Of a stretch of 64,000 nucleotides of DNA, positions 29,001-39,301 are shown piece by piece. The stretch is from Candidatus Woesebacteria bacterium GW2011_GWB1_39_12 (GTDB taxonomy: Bacteria > Patescibacteriota > Microgenomatia > UBA8517): assembly GCA_000993405.1 (NCBI GenBank), contig LBWB01000004.1, positions 4,861 to 68,860 on the forward strand, given 5' to 3'. The notes under the pieces were generated by a model. It was not told the origin of the DNA. It did not search any database and worked only from the letters and a program-made list of their open reading frames with translations. Positions within the stretch are counted from its first letter, which is position 1. Each line of letters opens with the position of its first letter. The position numbers were made by a program, and so were the translations under genes.

Positions 29001-31376
29001 GTTATCTCCCTTTTTATTTTTAACGACCATTTTCAGAAAGTTTACTACCTGAATAACGATTACTATGATAAAGGCAAAGCCAACTGTCAAGACACCAAGG
29101 CGAATAAACTTGCCCCTTACTCCTTGGGAAACATCTTCCTGCTCAAGAAAAACTTGCTTACTTTCTTCAGCCGCAACGACCGTGAAATCAAAAACCGAGG
29201 ACCTGACCGATTTTCCGGATGAAGTTTTTACAGTTGCATAAGCTATATGCTTATCGCCTTCCAGAGGTTGATCAAGTTCATAAACCCAGTCGCCGTTTTC
29301 ATCGGTTTTTGTTGTAACAACAATTGGCTCTGAATAAATATATATATAAACGACTGAATTGGCTGGTCCGATACCGCTAAAGGTAAGCTTTCCACCAACA
29401 TCCTTTCCTTTTATTTCTTTAGCTTCCTCTTTGACTTCAGAAAGATTGATGGTGTTGGGATCTTCTTCTAAGAACGGAACTTCTTCCGGTGGGTGCGGCA
29501 GGAATTTAAGTTGATCGCTATTAAGTTTGGCAAAGCAAGATTCACCTTTAGCTTTCTCGTCATCCGAGGGATTTCCTTTTCCGGAGTTTATTTCATTAAA
29601 CCTTGATTCACCTATATTTTGTGTGAGACAGGTCTTGACTTCGTCCGGTATTTTATACACCCTGCCTTCTTCAAAAGCTTGTGGGTTAATACCAAAACAT
29701 CGGTTTACCTCTTCCCTTGCCTCATAAGGAACATCGGTTTGACCGGATTTAATCCTAGTGTAGTAACTTTTGAGAGTTTGTCGTAGGCAGGTGTCGGTTT
29801 CTTTTGGAAATTCGGCGTCGTTTGTGTAGTAAGTGAGGCTAGTTATCTTTCTTTCACCGTAACACCCTTCATACAAAAGATGTTCCTCATATGTTGGTTG
29901 TCTGACTCCGTAATAAATGTCTTTGTACGCTTTTTCTCCCAAGCTTTTAAGCAAACACCCTTCGTATTCAATGGGTGCTTTGGAGGTTTGACCTGTGGGC
30001 ATCGGACCTCCTTCTTTTGTTGTGGTATAACCCCAACAGGATTTAACTTTGTTTCCCAAATTCATAATTTCATTCTGTTCGTCATTGGTCGTGGGAATAA
30101 AGTAGCGAAGCCTGTCAAATTCGTACTGGTTCAATGCCGATTTAACGCAGCTTATCCTTTCTGATGATTCGTATGCTAGCCTGTCAAAATTCTCTTGCTG
30201 GTAATACGGATAGTAGGAGTTACAGGAACATGAGTAGGAATCCCAATAGGAATTAGTTCCACAACCCGAACTTGGGGCATAGCAGGGAGTGACGTTTGGA
30301 CTGGGTTTACACATACAACTTGCTGAATCCCAGTAATAGTTGTAGCCACAACCAGTGGAAGGTGAATAACAAGTCGTAGTTGTTCCCTGGTATGCTTTGC
30401 AAGAACAGTCGTAGTAATCCCAGTAATAATTATTTCCACAACCATTTGTTGGAGGACTACAAGATGTGGTTGAGGACTTACACGAGCACGAATAGGAATC
30501 CCAATAGTAATTGTAGCCACAGCCATATGACGGAGGATAGCAGGTAGAAGTTCCGCTTGTGTAAGATCTACAAGAACATGCTGAGTAATCCCAGTATTTG
30601 TCTGAGGCACAACCTTCGGTGGGAGGGTAGCAGGTAGTTGTTGTTTGATACGGCTTGCAGGAACAGTAGTACTGATCCCAATAGTAATTCGTGCCGCATC
30701 CGGATGATGGAGGACTGCAAGAAGAAGTTGTTCCTTCAGGACTGCAGGAGCATGAGGAAGAGTTCCAGTAATAGCCTGAGCCGCACCCTTGAGAAGGCGG
30801 ACTACAGCTTCCGAATGACTTGCAAGAACAGGATGCAGTATCCCAGTATTTTTCACTGCCGCAGCCGCTTGATGGTGGGTAGCAGGAAGACGTCGGTGTC
30901 GCATAATATTGGCAAGAACAGGAATTGTAATCCCAATAATAGTTAGCCGGACAGCCCGAGGAAGGAGAATTGCAGGTTGAAGTTGACGACTTACACATAC
31001 ATGCTGCCGAATCCCAGTAGTAATTTGTTCCACAGCCGCTTGATGGTGGGCTGCAAGAGGAAGTGGTTGAAGATTGTTTGCAGGAACAAGTCGATGAATC
31101 CCAGTAGTAGTTGTCCCCACATCCGCCTGATGGATAGGAACATGAGGATTGGCAGGTGCACGTGCTTGAGTTCCAATAATATCCGCTTCCGCAACCGCCG
31201 CTTGGTTCAGTACATCCCTCTGCAATCAATCCCTGGTAACCCAATGTGCTACCTTTTTCCCTACTTTTAAATGAACCGAATATTTGTAAGCCCGTTTGAA
31301 GAATGACTAAAGTCCCCAGAAAAGACGCAAAAAAGGTAAAAAGGAGTTTACCTCTCATTATTTTAAGTGTATACAC
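28941..31376 (-). CDS. Large secreted surface protein with 12 tandem 27-30 aa Cys-rich repeats, Ig-like region and C-terminal TM anchor
   Basis: Signal peptide; repeat unit C-x-PPS-x-GCG-x-NYYWD-xxx-C-x-CK with 4 Cys; C-terminal …GVLTVGFAFIIVIVIQVVNFLKMVVKNKK. Confidence 0.6.
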   Translation of the reverse strand: MYTLKIMRGKLLFTFFASFLGTLVILQTGLQIFGSFKSREKGSTLGYQGLIAEGCTEPSGGCGSGYYWNSSTCTCQSSCSYPSGGCGDNYYWDSSTCSCKQSSTTSSCSPPSSGCGTNYYWDSAACMCKSSTSTCNSPSSGCPANYYWDYNSCSCQYYATPTSSCYPPSSGCGSEKYWDTASCSCKSFGSCSPPSQGCGSGYYWNSSSCSCSPEGTTSSCSPPSSGCGTNYYWDQYYCSCKPYQTTTTCYPPTEGCASDKYWDYSACSCRSYTSGTSTCYPPSYGCGYNYYWDSYSCSCKSSTTSCSPPTNGCGNNYYWDYYDCSCKAYQGTTTTCYSPSTGCGYNYYWDSASCMCKPSPNVTPCYAPSSGCGTNSYWDSYSCSCNSYYPYYQQENFDRLAYESSERISCVKSALNQYEFDRLRYFIPTTNDEQNEIMNLGNKVKSCWGYTTTKEGGPMPTGQTSKAPIEYEGCLLKSLGEKAYKDIYYGVRQPTYEEHLLYEGCYGERKITSLTYYTNDAEFPKETDTCLRQTLKSYYTRIKSGQTDVPYEAREEVNRCFGINPQAFEEGRVYKIPDEVKTCLTQNIGESRFNEINSGKGNPSDDEKAKGESCFAKLNSDQLKFLPHPPEEVPFLEEDPNTINLSEVKEEAKEIKGKDVGGKLTFSGIGPANSVVYIYIYSEPIVVTTKTDENGDWVYELDQPLEGDKHIAYATVKTSSGKSVRSSVFDFTVVAAEESKQVFLEQEDVSQGVRGKFIRLGVLTVGFAFIIVIVIQVVNFLKMVVKNKKGDNLRRTTDGKGDDDAGSGSIN

Positions 31377-31441
31377 ACCTTGACAATACTTGCAAGTCTT
31401 AAATTATCGACATTAATCTCCATTATCATTAATATTAATTA

Positions 31442-32971
31442 ATGCTCGCTAAAATTACTTCCGGGGCTACTATCGGATTAAATGCAACTTTGGTGGATGT
31501 CGAGGTGGATATTCCGGATGAAGGTTTACCTTCTTTTACAATAGTCGGACTTCCGGATAAAGCCGTGGAGGAAGCGAAAGAGAGAGTTCGCTCGGCAATT
31601 AAAAATACCGGAGCCGATTTCCCGACAACCAGAATTACGGTAAATCTTGCACCCGCCGATCTTCCAAAAGTCGGCCCCGCATATGACCTGCCAATTGCAT
31701 TAGGAATTTTGATCGCTTCAAGACAAATCGCGCCTGAAATTTCTGATTCGTTTTTCTTCGGAGAATTATCTTTGGACGGAAGTCTTCGGCATACAAACGG
31801 GATTCTGCCCATGGCCTATTTGGCTAGGGAAAAAAGACTAAAGAGAATATTTATTCCCAAAATTAATCAGAAGGAAGCGGCTGTTGTTCCGGGAATAAAG
31901 GTTTATCCCATAGAGAATCTTATCGAACTTTTGAGATTTTTTAGGGGTGTAGTAGAGATTGTTCCTGCTAAAAAAGTTCGTCTGGAAGGTCTTTTAAAAA
32001 CCTCTGAAGCAGAATTTGATTTTTCCGAAATTATCGGTCAGGAACATGCAAAGCGGGCAATGGAGATAGTAGCTGCCGGAAGCCATAATATTTACATGCG
32101 TGGAACACCGGGATCTGGAAAGACTATGTTGGCAAGGGCACTGCCGGGAATACTGCCGAGGTTAACCGCGGATGAGGCTTTAGAGGTGACTAAAATATAC
32201 TCAATAACCGGAAACTTATTTTCCGGTCAGGCAACAGTAAAAACTCGGCCCTTTAGAAGTCCGCACCATACAACTAGCCGGATTGGCCTGATTGGCGGCG
32301 GGAGTAATCCAACGCCGGGCGAAGTCTCGCTTGCCCACAGGGGAGTTTTATTTTTGGATGAGTTCCCCGAATTTCCCAGGCATGTTTTGGAGTCTATTCG
32401 CCAGCCTATGGAGGACGGGGTCGTGACCATATCTCGGGCAAAAGGTTCGGTTACCTATCCTGCACAATTTCTTTTAGTCAGCGCGAGTAATCCCTGTCCA
32501 TGCGGATATTACGGCGACCCGAAAAGAGCCTGTAAATGTCTTCCGGGAGCAATTATGAGATATCAAAAAAGAGTTTCGGGTCCAATTCTTGACAGGATTG
32601 ACATTCACGTTCATTTGCCGGCAGTAGAAACAGAAAAGCTGGTTGGAAATAAGGACAAAGCAGAAAGTTCTAAAAGTATTCAGGCTAGAGTTCAGAAGGC
32701 TAGGGATATGCAAATTAAACGCTTTAAGGGTTCTAAGTTCAAATCGAATAGTGAAATGAGTTCAAAAGCTGTTAAAGAATTCTGCAAGTTATCTCCTGAC
32801 TGCTATGCAATTTTGAGAAGTGCGGTTGCTTCAATGAATTTGACCGCTCGTTCTTACCACAAAGTAATAAAAGTCGCTAGAACAATAGCTGATTTGGAAG
32901 GAGCAAAGGATATAACCACAAATCATTTAGCTGAGGCTTTACAATACCGTCCTACTGAAGATGACTTGTAA
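31442..32971 (+). CDS. comM: ComM/YifB family Mg-chelatase-like AAA+ ATPase
   Basis: N-terminal Lon-like substrate domain, Walker A GTPGSGKT, Walker B VLFLDEF, C-terminal ChlI-type domain. Confidence 0.85.
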   Translation: MLAKITSGATIGLNATLVDVEVDIPDEGLPSFTIVGLPDKAVEEAKERVRSAIKNTGADFPTTRITVNLAPADLPKVGPAYDLPIALGILIASRQIAPEISDSFFFGELSLDGSLRHTNGILPMAYLAREKRLKRIFIPKINQKEAAVVPGIKVYPIENLIELLRFFRGVVEIVPAKKVRLEGLLKTSEAEFDFSEIIGQEHAKRAMEIVAAGSHNIYMRGTPGSGKTMLARALPGILPRLTADEALEVTKIYSITGNLFSGQATVKTRPFRSPHHTTSRIGLIGGGSNPTPGEVSLAHRGVLFLDEFPEFPRHVLESIRQPMEDGVVTISRAKGSVTYPAQFLLVSASNPCPCGYYGDPKRACKCLPGAIMRYQKRVSGPILDRIDIHVHLPAVETEKLVGNKDKAESSKSIQARVQKARDMQIKRFKGSKFKSNSEMSSKAVKEFCKLSPDCYAILRSAVASMNLTARSYHKVIKVARTIADLEGAKDITTNHLAEALQYRPTEDDL

Positions 32972-32981
32972 AGCCGAAGTC

Positions 32982-33038
32982 CTGAGTGGTGAGCGAATTA
33001 CAATCCTGAGCGCAGTCGAAGGAGTCGAACCATCGAAG
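32982..33038 (+). repeat. Left arm of a 57 bp inverted repeat; partner at 42353-42409
   Basis: ctgagtggtgagcgaattacaatcctgagcgcagtcgaaggagtcgaaccatcgaag equals the reverse complement of 42353-42409 at 56 of 57 positions. Confidence 0.9.
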
Positions 33039-33236
33039 GGCCGAGACACTCCAATATCGACTTCAAGAAGAAGACTTTTAATGTGCTGAATTCTTCTTTG
33101 ATTTGTGACACTTCTATCTTCTTTCTGCTGTCCAAACTTTGTTCCACCAGGAGCTAGGTTTTTGAATGTAAATTTCCATAGCTAGTTTTTTAGCTGATTT
33201 ACTAAAAAGTCTTTTCTCTTGTTCTCGTCCTTTTAA

Positions 33237-33710
33237 TCAAGCTGAAGCCTCATTATTACCTACCCATTCATATTCTCGGAGAAGAAGAATTTGATCAAGA
33301 AGATCTGCATCTTTTGCTAAATGAGCTTCCAAAGACTCTCTTTCATCGTACTCCCCCATAATTTTAGTCAACTCATCTCCAAATGGCTTATCTGCTAATT
33401 GATCTTTTTGTATATCTTCATCAAAAACTTTAAGGTATTTTTTATGTATCCAATTCTGATCACCACTTCTGGATTCTGAGAAATCATGGAAAAGACTCAT
33501 AAGAACGACTTTATACGGATCAGCTCTCTCTATTTTTGCTAGATACCACCCTATAATCGAAACTCGGAATGAATGCGAAGCAATGTTATCAGAAAGATCA
33601 TCAGTTAAAAGTATCTGCCTATGACTTCGAATCGTTTTTCTTAGGGATCCAGCTTCGAAAAACATAGCAATTACTCTCTCATGAGTTTTTTTATTATCTT
33701 TATAATTCAT
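33237..33710 (-). CDS. HD-domain hydrolase, YfbR-like 5'-deoxynucleotidase family
   Basis: H…HD…D metal-binding pattern (ASHSFRV…LFHDFSESRSGD). Confidence 0.6.
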   Translation of the reverse strand: MNYKDNKKTHERVIAMFFEAGSLRKTIRSHRQILLTDDLSDNIASHSFRVSIIGWYLAKIERADPYKVVLMSLFHDFSESRSGDQNWIHKKYLKVFDEDIQKDQLADKPFGDELTKIMGEYDERESLEAHLAKDADLLDQILLLREYEWVGNNEASA

Positions 33711-33821
33711 AATTTCAAGGTATTATACAACAGTTCCATCAGGCGCAAAAGTTACCCGCATTTTGGTGTTAAACTCGATTTTTGATATTCAAAATGCTAA
33801 TATCAGCTTCACATTGAACAA

Positions 33822-35408
33822 ATGAGCAATATTCTCTCAACGATATTCTGGTTATTAATTATTGCGATTTGCATACGATCATTGTCTAATTTCTTTAATT
33901 TACTCTCAAATTTGAAGTGGGTTGCAAATAAAAATGTCAGTTATAAGAAAAAAAGCACTCGGGCAACCGATGAAGAGTTTATTATTTGTATTCCAATGCT
34001 ACGGGAGCAGCGTGTAGTTTCTGAAACATTGAAGTACTTTAGTCAGTTGAACTACCCGAAAGATAAATACCATATTGTCGTTGTAACTACAAACAAAGAA
34101 ATCGCAGAAAAGACCCGAATGTCAAGGTTTCTAAGTGAACTAGCAGGAGATGTTTCGCAAGGAAAAGCTCTAAAAACAATTCAAGATAGATACTCAGGTC
34201 TATTTCCATTTGATCAACTGAGAAGGGTATATGAGAAATATCGATTAGAAAGCTATACGGTTGTATTTAAAAAAGTAAAGAGTATATATAAACAACTACC
34301 AACAACATTCAATTTAGCCATTAAGGAGGCGGAAATTATAAATGCTCATTTTAAATCAAAATTAATAACTGTTATGAATTATCCACGCAGCCAAGGTGTG
34401 ATGAGCCATCAAATAAACTATGTTATCAAAAAGCTTGCAAAATATAAGCAGAGTACAAATTCCATTTTTGCGGTGTATAACGCTGACTCTCGTCCCAATC
34501 CGAATACTCTAAGAAATGTCGCTTATGCTTTAAAAGAATTTGAAGAAGAAACCGGCATCAAACCAAATATAGTACAGCAGTCGTCCTTGTTTACATTGAA
34601 TTACAGTAAGTACTCCAAAACTTTTACTGGTTATTCTCTCAAGGCGGCGGCGTTGTTTCAAACAAAGTGGACTTTAGTACGAGAATTGACCCGTTTTCGC
34701 TCACAATCGCGCAGTGTTATTACCTATAAGGATAATTTCATTTCAAAATTATTTAATACTAAAATTTCTCACTGTGTAGGGCATGGATTGTTCGTACGAT
34801 TTGGAATCTTAAAAAACGAATACCTTCCTACTGAAACTATTAACGAGGACTTGCCGTTTGGATTTTACCAATGCTGTAAAGGTGAACCTATTCTACCATT
34901 GCCTATTTTGGAAAATTCTGAAACTCCCGATACATTAAAGGGTCTGATGAATCAAAAACGTTTTTGGTTTACTCCATACTTACAATATCAATATTGTAGA
35001 GATAGGGTATTACAGCTCAAGAAATATCGCTCAAGGTTAGAGGTTGAAATACTTACTATTCAAGCCGAACTTACTGGTTTTATCTGGTTTTTGCAATCGT
35101 TTGTGTTGTTTATGCCCTTAATTATAGGTTTGTATCTACATAGTTTATCTATGATTGCGCTATGGAGTATTGGGCTACTTATTTACTGGTTTGTACCAAT
35201 TGGGTTAATTTACACAAATCTGAACAAATTAGAAGATATCGCTGGAAAATCAGTATCTAAAACCGACTTTAAAGATTATATCCTAACGTCATTTTTTGGA
35301 CTTTATATTTTGTTGACTCACTCCATCGGGCCGATTCTGTGTGTGAGAGATTTTGCTTTAGCAAAATTTATTGATAAGCCGATTACTAAATTAAAAACAG
35401 AAAGATGA
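33822..35408 (+). CDS. Membrane-bound glycosyltransferase family 2-like protein
   Basis: N-terminal TM, GT-A-like core, four C-terminal TM helices. Confidence 0.4.
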   Translation: MSNILSTIFWLLIIAICIRSLSNFFNLLSNLKWVANKNVSYKKKSTRATDEEFIICIPMLREQRVVSETLKYFSQLNYPKDKYHIVVVTTNKEIAEKTRMSRFLSELAGDVSQGKALKTIQDRYSGLFPFDQLRRVYEKYRLESYTVVFKKVKSIYKQLPTTFNLAIKEAEIINAHFKSKLITVMNYPRSQGVMSHQINYVIKKLAKYKQSTNSIFAVYNADSRPNPNTLRNVAYALKEFEEETGIKPNIVQQSSLFTLNYSKYSKTFTGYSLKAAALFQTKWTLVRELTRFRSQSRSVITYKDNFISKLFNTKISHCVGHGLFVRFGILKNEYLPTETINEDLPFGFYQCCKGEPILPLPILENSETPDTLKGLMNQKRFWFTPYLQYQYCRDRVLQLKKYRSRLEVEILTIQAELTGFIWFLQSFVLFMPLIIGLYLHSLSMIALWSIGLLIYWFVPIGLIYTNLNKLEDIAGKSVSKTDFKDYILTSFFGLYILLTHSIGPILCVRDFALAKFIDKPITKLKTER

Positions 35409-36082
35409 CAGAGAGTGAACTTAAAATTGGTGCTGTTGAAGGGAATTCCTTTAGTGGCAAAACTACTTTAGTAAAAGAGCTTGAAGCTGAATATGGGTTA
35501 TCTGTTGTCTGGGAACCAAGCGCTTATCTCAGTAAGTTCCCTAGTTTTCCACCCGAAACATATGCAGAGGCAAAAAAAGCTATCGATATTTTTGTAGATG
35601 TAGAAAAAAGAAGATCCACAGATGCTATCGAACTCGCTCAAAAAAATGGTATTGTTGTTATGGATCGTTCCCTGTGGACATATTCTGCTTTTCAATATGT
35701 TGTGATGAAAAGAATGCCCAATATCCCCAACTCGTATTTATATAGTCTCGATATTCTGCAAAGACACATTGATAATAAAGAAATCGTTGTGCCTGGCGCA
35801 GTTGTAAGCCTTATACCTAAAAACCAAGAAGAATTTGAAAGAAGAGTAAGAGAAAGAGGAAGAGTAGGAATAGGATTCTTAAACGATTGGGGAACAACCG
35901 TCTTGATAGAACAATTGTATGGGATTGTAATCAATTGTGTTTATGCAAAAAACAATGGGAGAAGTGTTATCACTTCAGATAACGTAAAAGAGTTAGCAGC
36001 TGAAACGAGCCAATTTTTACAACAATCAGACTGTTTTGTCGATGCAATTTTAGCCTTTGATCAACTCCGTATCTTAAAATAA
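35405..36082 (+). CDS. Deoxynucleoside kinase family protein (dNK/dCK/dGK-like P-loop kinase)
   Basis: P-loop GNSFSGKTT, DRS motif (VMDRSLWTYSAF), Arg-rich lid FERRVRERGR. Confidence 0.55.
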   Translation: MTESELKIGAVEGNSFSGKTTLVKELEAEYGLSVVWEPSAYLSKFPSFPPETYAEAKKAIDIFVDVEKRRSTDAIELAQKNGIVVMDRSLWTYSAFQYVVMKRMPNIPNSYLYSLDILQRHIDNKEIVVPGAVVSLIPKNQEEFERRVRERGRVGIGFLNDWGTTVLIEQLYGIVINCVYAKNNGRSVITSDNVKELAAETSQFLQQSDCFVDAILAFDQLRILK

Positions 36083-36090
36083 ATACAAGT

Positions 36091-37305
36091 ATGCATATTG
36101 GCTTTTTAACCTCAGAATATCCTTTGAATAACACCAAAACTGGAGGTTTGGGTACATATATCAGAAAAACTGCGCTAGAGCTCAATAAAAGAGGTCAAAA
36201 AGTATCAATATTTTGGGAATCAATACGTAATGCTAAATCGAACGATAGAGGAATCGTTGTTTATGAAATAAAATGTCCCCCACTTTATTATGCTCTCAAT
36301 TCACAGTCTTTGATAAAACAACTTATAAGAGTTAGTTACGTTTTGTATTCTGCTTTCAAAATAAGAAATAAAGTGTTTCAGGTTCACAAAGAAACGCCGT
36401 TAGAGATAATCCAAGCACCTAACCATCTTGCCCCAGGCTATTTTATCAAACAGAATAATAAAATTCCGGTGGTTGCTCGTGTATCAAGTTATGCACCTTT
36501 ATATCATGCTGCTTTTGGTGTCCCTCGCACGTTTGGCGATTATCTGATTGACTATTTAGAACTCAGACAGGTTACGGGTGCTAAAGCAGGCTTTTCTCCT
36601 AGCCATTTTATGCAAAAGGTATATTCACGATACGAAAATTGCAATTTAGATTTTGTGCCTACTGCAGTCGAGGTTAGAAAACCTGAAAAAACAGACAATT
36701 CTGTATTAAAAAAGATACTGAGGCAATTTCCCTCAAAACAATACCTTCTTTACTTTGGAAGCATGAGTCGCATAAAAGGCGTTGATCTTATGGCAGATGT
36801 GATAAATAAGCTCGCACCAAAGTATCCAAGATTGTGTTTTGTTTTTATAGGTGTAGATTATGGTCTACCAAGTGGAGAACCAATTTCTAGCTTCATTTTT
36901 AAAAACTGTGATAAATATAAAGAAAGGATTATATTTCTACCATTCAAACAGCACTGGACTCTTTATCCCGTGATTAAACGTTCGTTAGTAGTGGTAGCTC
37001 CATCGAGAGTTGATAATTATCCTAATGCTTGTATTGAAGCACAATCTTTGGGTATACCAGTGATAGGAACCACAGATTCTAGTATCGATGAGATTATAGT
37101 AGATGGTAAAACGGGATTTATAGCTGAAAATTCATCAGCTATAAGTCTTGTCTCAAAAATAGAAAAATTAATTAATATGAATAAAAAAGAAAGAGTTGAA
37201 ATGAGAAAAAATATAGAGAAAAATATGATTGCCATATTTGCAGAGGATAGAATAAAATTATTAATAAAATATTATGAAAAGGTTATTCAGAAAAACAAAG
37301 AGTGA
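36091..37305 (+). CDS. Glycosyltransferase family 4 (GT-B, glycos_transf_1)
   Basis: C-terminal GT-B half with EAQSLGIPVIGT…DGKTGF signature. Confidence 0.7.
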   Translation: MHIGFLTSEYPLNNTKTGGLGTYIRKTALELNKRGQKVSIFWESIRNAKSNDRGIVVYEIKCPPLYYALNSQSLIKQLIRVSYVLYSAFKIRNKVFQVHKETPLEIIQAPNHLAPGYFIKQNNKIPVVARVSSYAPLYHAAFGVPRTFGDYLIDYLELRQVTGAKAGFSPSHFMQKVYSRYENCNLDFVPTAVEVRKPEKTDNSVLKKILRQFPSKQYLLYFGSMSRIKGVDLMADVINKLAPKYPRLCFVFIGVDYGLPSGEPISSFIFKNCDKYKERIIFLPFKQHWTLYPVIKRSLVVVAPSRVDNYPNACIEAQSLGIPVIGTTDSSIDEIIVDGKTGFIAENSSAISLVSKIEKLINMNKKERVEMRKNIEKNMIAIFAEDRIKLLIKYYEKVIQKNKE

Positions 37306-37951
37306 AACTAAAAAGCTACAGGCAGTATTAATAGATTGGAATGGTACTCTTTCCCCGACCAACTACTGGTCACAGTTAGAAAAGTCTGAAAAACAAAGTG
37401 AGCGCGATCTATTTAAAATTTGGTCGTATTCAATGTTTGTCAAACATAAAGATAAAATTATTCCTTGGATGAAGGGAGAGTATGTAAGCGAGGACCTTCT
37501 TTCTTTGGTTTCAAAAGAAACAAATACAGACTTCGAATTTCTTTTAAAAGAGTTTGTTATAGGCTGTGAGCGCATGGAATATTCTTCTCCAAACATACCT
37601 AAGCTGGTTCAAGACTTGAGAGATAAATCGATTATTGTTGGTATCGCTACAAATAATATGGACTCTTTTACAAGGTGGACCATCCCTTATATGAAACTTG
37701 ATACGCTTTTTAATGAGATACTAAATTCATTTTATCTCAAAGCAATGAAACATGATTTAGACAAAAACGGTCAATCTTTATTCTTTGGAAATTTTTTCAA
37801 TAAATATGATATAGAACCTACAAAATGTATTTTTATCGATGACGGCGAAGACAAGATGGGGGTAATTAACAAACTCGGTATGAATTATAGAAGAGTCAAT
37901 GCTTTCAATACCCTCGAACAAGAACTGCGAAATATTTTAAAGACTCTCTAA
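37274..37951 (+). CDS. HAD-like hydrolase, atypical motif I (DWNGTL)
   Basis: Motif II GIATNN and motif IV IFIDDGEDK present. Confidence 0.4.
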   Translation: MKRLFRKTKSETKKLQAVLIDWNGTLSPTNYWSQLEKSEKQSERDLFKIWSYSMFVKHKDKIIPWMKGEYVSEDLLSLVSKETNTDFEFLLKEFVIGCERMEYSSPNIPKLVQDLRDKSIIVGIATNNMDSFTRWTIPYMKLDTLFNEILNSFYLKAMKHDLDKNGQSLFFGNFFNKYDIEPTKCIFIDDGEDKMGVINKLGMNYRRVNAFNTLEQELRNILKTL

Positions 37952-38235
37952 GTCTTATGTAGTTGAGACCCCTTCCATGATTTGCTTGTGGGCAAAGGTA
38001 AAAACTCCTTCGGTTTTACTTTAAGAGTCCGAGTAATTTTGTTAATAGTTTAAGTTGGAGAATTAAATACGATTATAGTTTGGTTTGAAAAGGAAACTGA
38101 TTAGCACATGTCATTGCGTTTGTTGGAAACCGATAGAAAACCACATTTTTCAGTCTTAAGTCGAAGTGTGACATCTGTAAATTGGTTGGAAACAAAGAAA
38201 AAGAAGAAAATTCAAAAGAAATTTTAACAGATCAT

Positions 38236-38280
38236 AGCAGAGACACTTCAGTATAGACCTTCGAGTGAAGAGGAATTTTA
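38236..38280 (+). repeat. 45 bp direct repeat copy 1, just upstream of the CYTH-like gene
   Basis: agcagagacacttcagtatagaccttcgagtgaagaggaatttta; 40 of 45 identical to 40356-40400. Confidence 0.85.
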
Positions 38281-38321
38281 GTTACTTCGCATAAAATCTA
38301 TTTTTAGCGATATAATCAAAC

Positions 38322-38894
38322 ATGATTGAAATTGAAATAAGAGGAAAGCTGAACAGGAAGGAATTTGGTAAATTAAAGTCCTTTTTGGATAGAAAGGCGA
38401 AACAAAAAGATTGTTATAAAAGAATATCTGTTGATATTTCTCCTGGTTTTGATCCAATAACTAGGACTTGGAAAAATTCAAGCTTCGATTTAAGGCTTAA
38501 AAAATCTGGTACCACCGAAAAGATTAGTTTAAAAGTTGGGAAATTTCACCTTAAAGAGCGAGAAGAAATTGAAGTAAAACTGAAGGAAGGGCAATTTTTA
38601 GATGCATTAAAAATGTTTGAAACGTTAGGTTTTGATAAAGGAATGATTTACTTTTGGGAGAGTTGGGAATATGAATATCAAGGTTTTGAAGTTAAAATCT
38701 CAAAATATACAAATGACTATTATATATGGGAAATTGAATCCGATAATCCTAAAAAAGATCCTCACGATTTAGCAAATACCCTCTCCCTCAAACCATACTC
38801 TGAAGAAGAATATAGGAAAGCTATAGATTGGGAAAATCAAAACATACATAAGCTGTACTCACTCGAATTAGTAAAAGAATTATTAAGGAAATGA
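38322..38894 (+). CDS. CYTH-like (triphosphate tunnel metalloenzyme/CyaB-like) protein
   Basis: N-terminal MIEIEIRGKL ExE motif and alternating charged beta-strand pattern. Confidence 0.4.
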   Translation: MIEIEIRGKLNRKEFGKLKSFLDRKAKQKDCYKRISVDISPGFDPITRTWKNSSFDLRLKKSGTTEKISLKVGKFHLKEREEIEVKLKEGQFLDALKMFETLGFDKGMIYFWESWEYEYQGFEVKISKYTNDYYIWEIESDNPKKDPHDLANTLSLKPYSEEEYRKAIDWENQNIHKLYSLELVKELLRK

Positions 38895-39301
38895 ATAAAC
38901 ATCAAAAAGTAGCAGTAATTGTTTGGACGATAGATCCGGAAGGAATTAAAAGATTTCTTTTAAGACATAATAAACCTTTTAATGGCTACGATGATGAGTG
39001 GACAGTTATTTTTGGAGACATTGAGGTTGGCGAGAGCTTAGAAGATGCTGCAAAAAGAGAGGCTTCCGAAGAGTTTCGAATAAGTAACTTTGAACAAATT
39101 AATGATCTAAATTATACGACTGAGTTTGAAGGAAAACATGGTTTGACTGAAGTCCATTTTGTTGCATTAAAAGTATTAGATATTAATACCCAGATAGTTT
39201 TAAACGAGGAAAGTATCGGTTATGACTGGATGCTTATCGACCAAGTTAAAGGGGTTATGAAAAATGATGATGAAAAACAAGCCTTTGATTTAATAAAATG
39301 A
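38891..39301 (+). CDS. NUDIX hydrolase
   Basis: Nudix box GDIEVGESLEDAAKREASEEFRI. Confidence 0.7.
   Translation: MNKHQKVAVIVWTIDPEGIKRFLLRHNKPFNGYDDEWTVIFGDIEVGESLEDAAKREASEEFRISNFEQINDLNYTTEFEGKHGLTEVHFVALKVLDINTQIVLNEESIGYDWMLIDQVKGVMKNDDEKQAFDLIK

Noticed and set aside
29880-31270. Long opposite-strand and alternate-frame ORFs (e.g. 30176-31225, 349 aa; 30638-30946; 30977-31270) inside the Cys-repeat gene
   Set aside because: They arise from the tandem codon-level repeats of the real gene. Their translations are low-complexity with no start context or domain, so they are treated as artefacts.
32982-33038. Possibility that the 57 bp inverted-repeat arms are tRNA gene fragments (they contain GGTTCGACTCC, reminiscent of a T-arm), i.e. 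tRNA-derived attachment sites
   Set aside because: I could not fold either arm into a T-stem/acceptor arrangement. Flanking bases do not pair as required, so the resemblance is limited to the T-loop-like heptamer.
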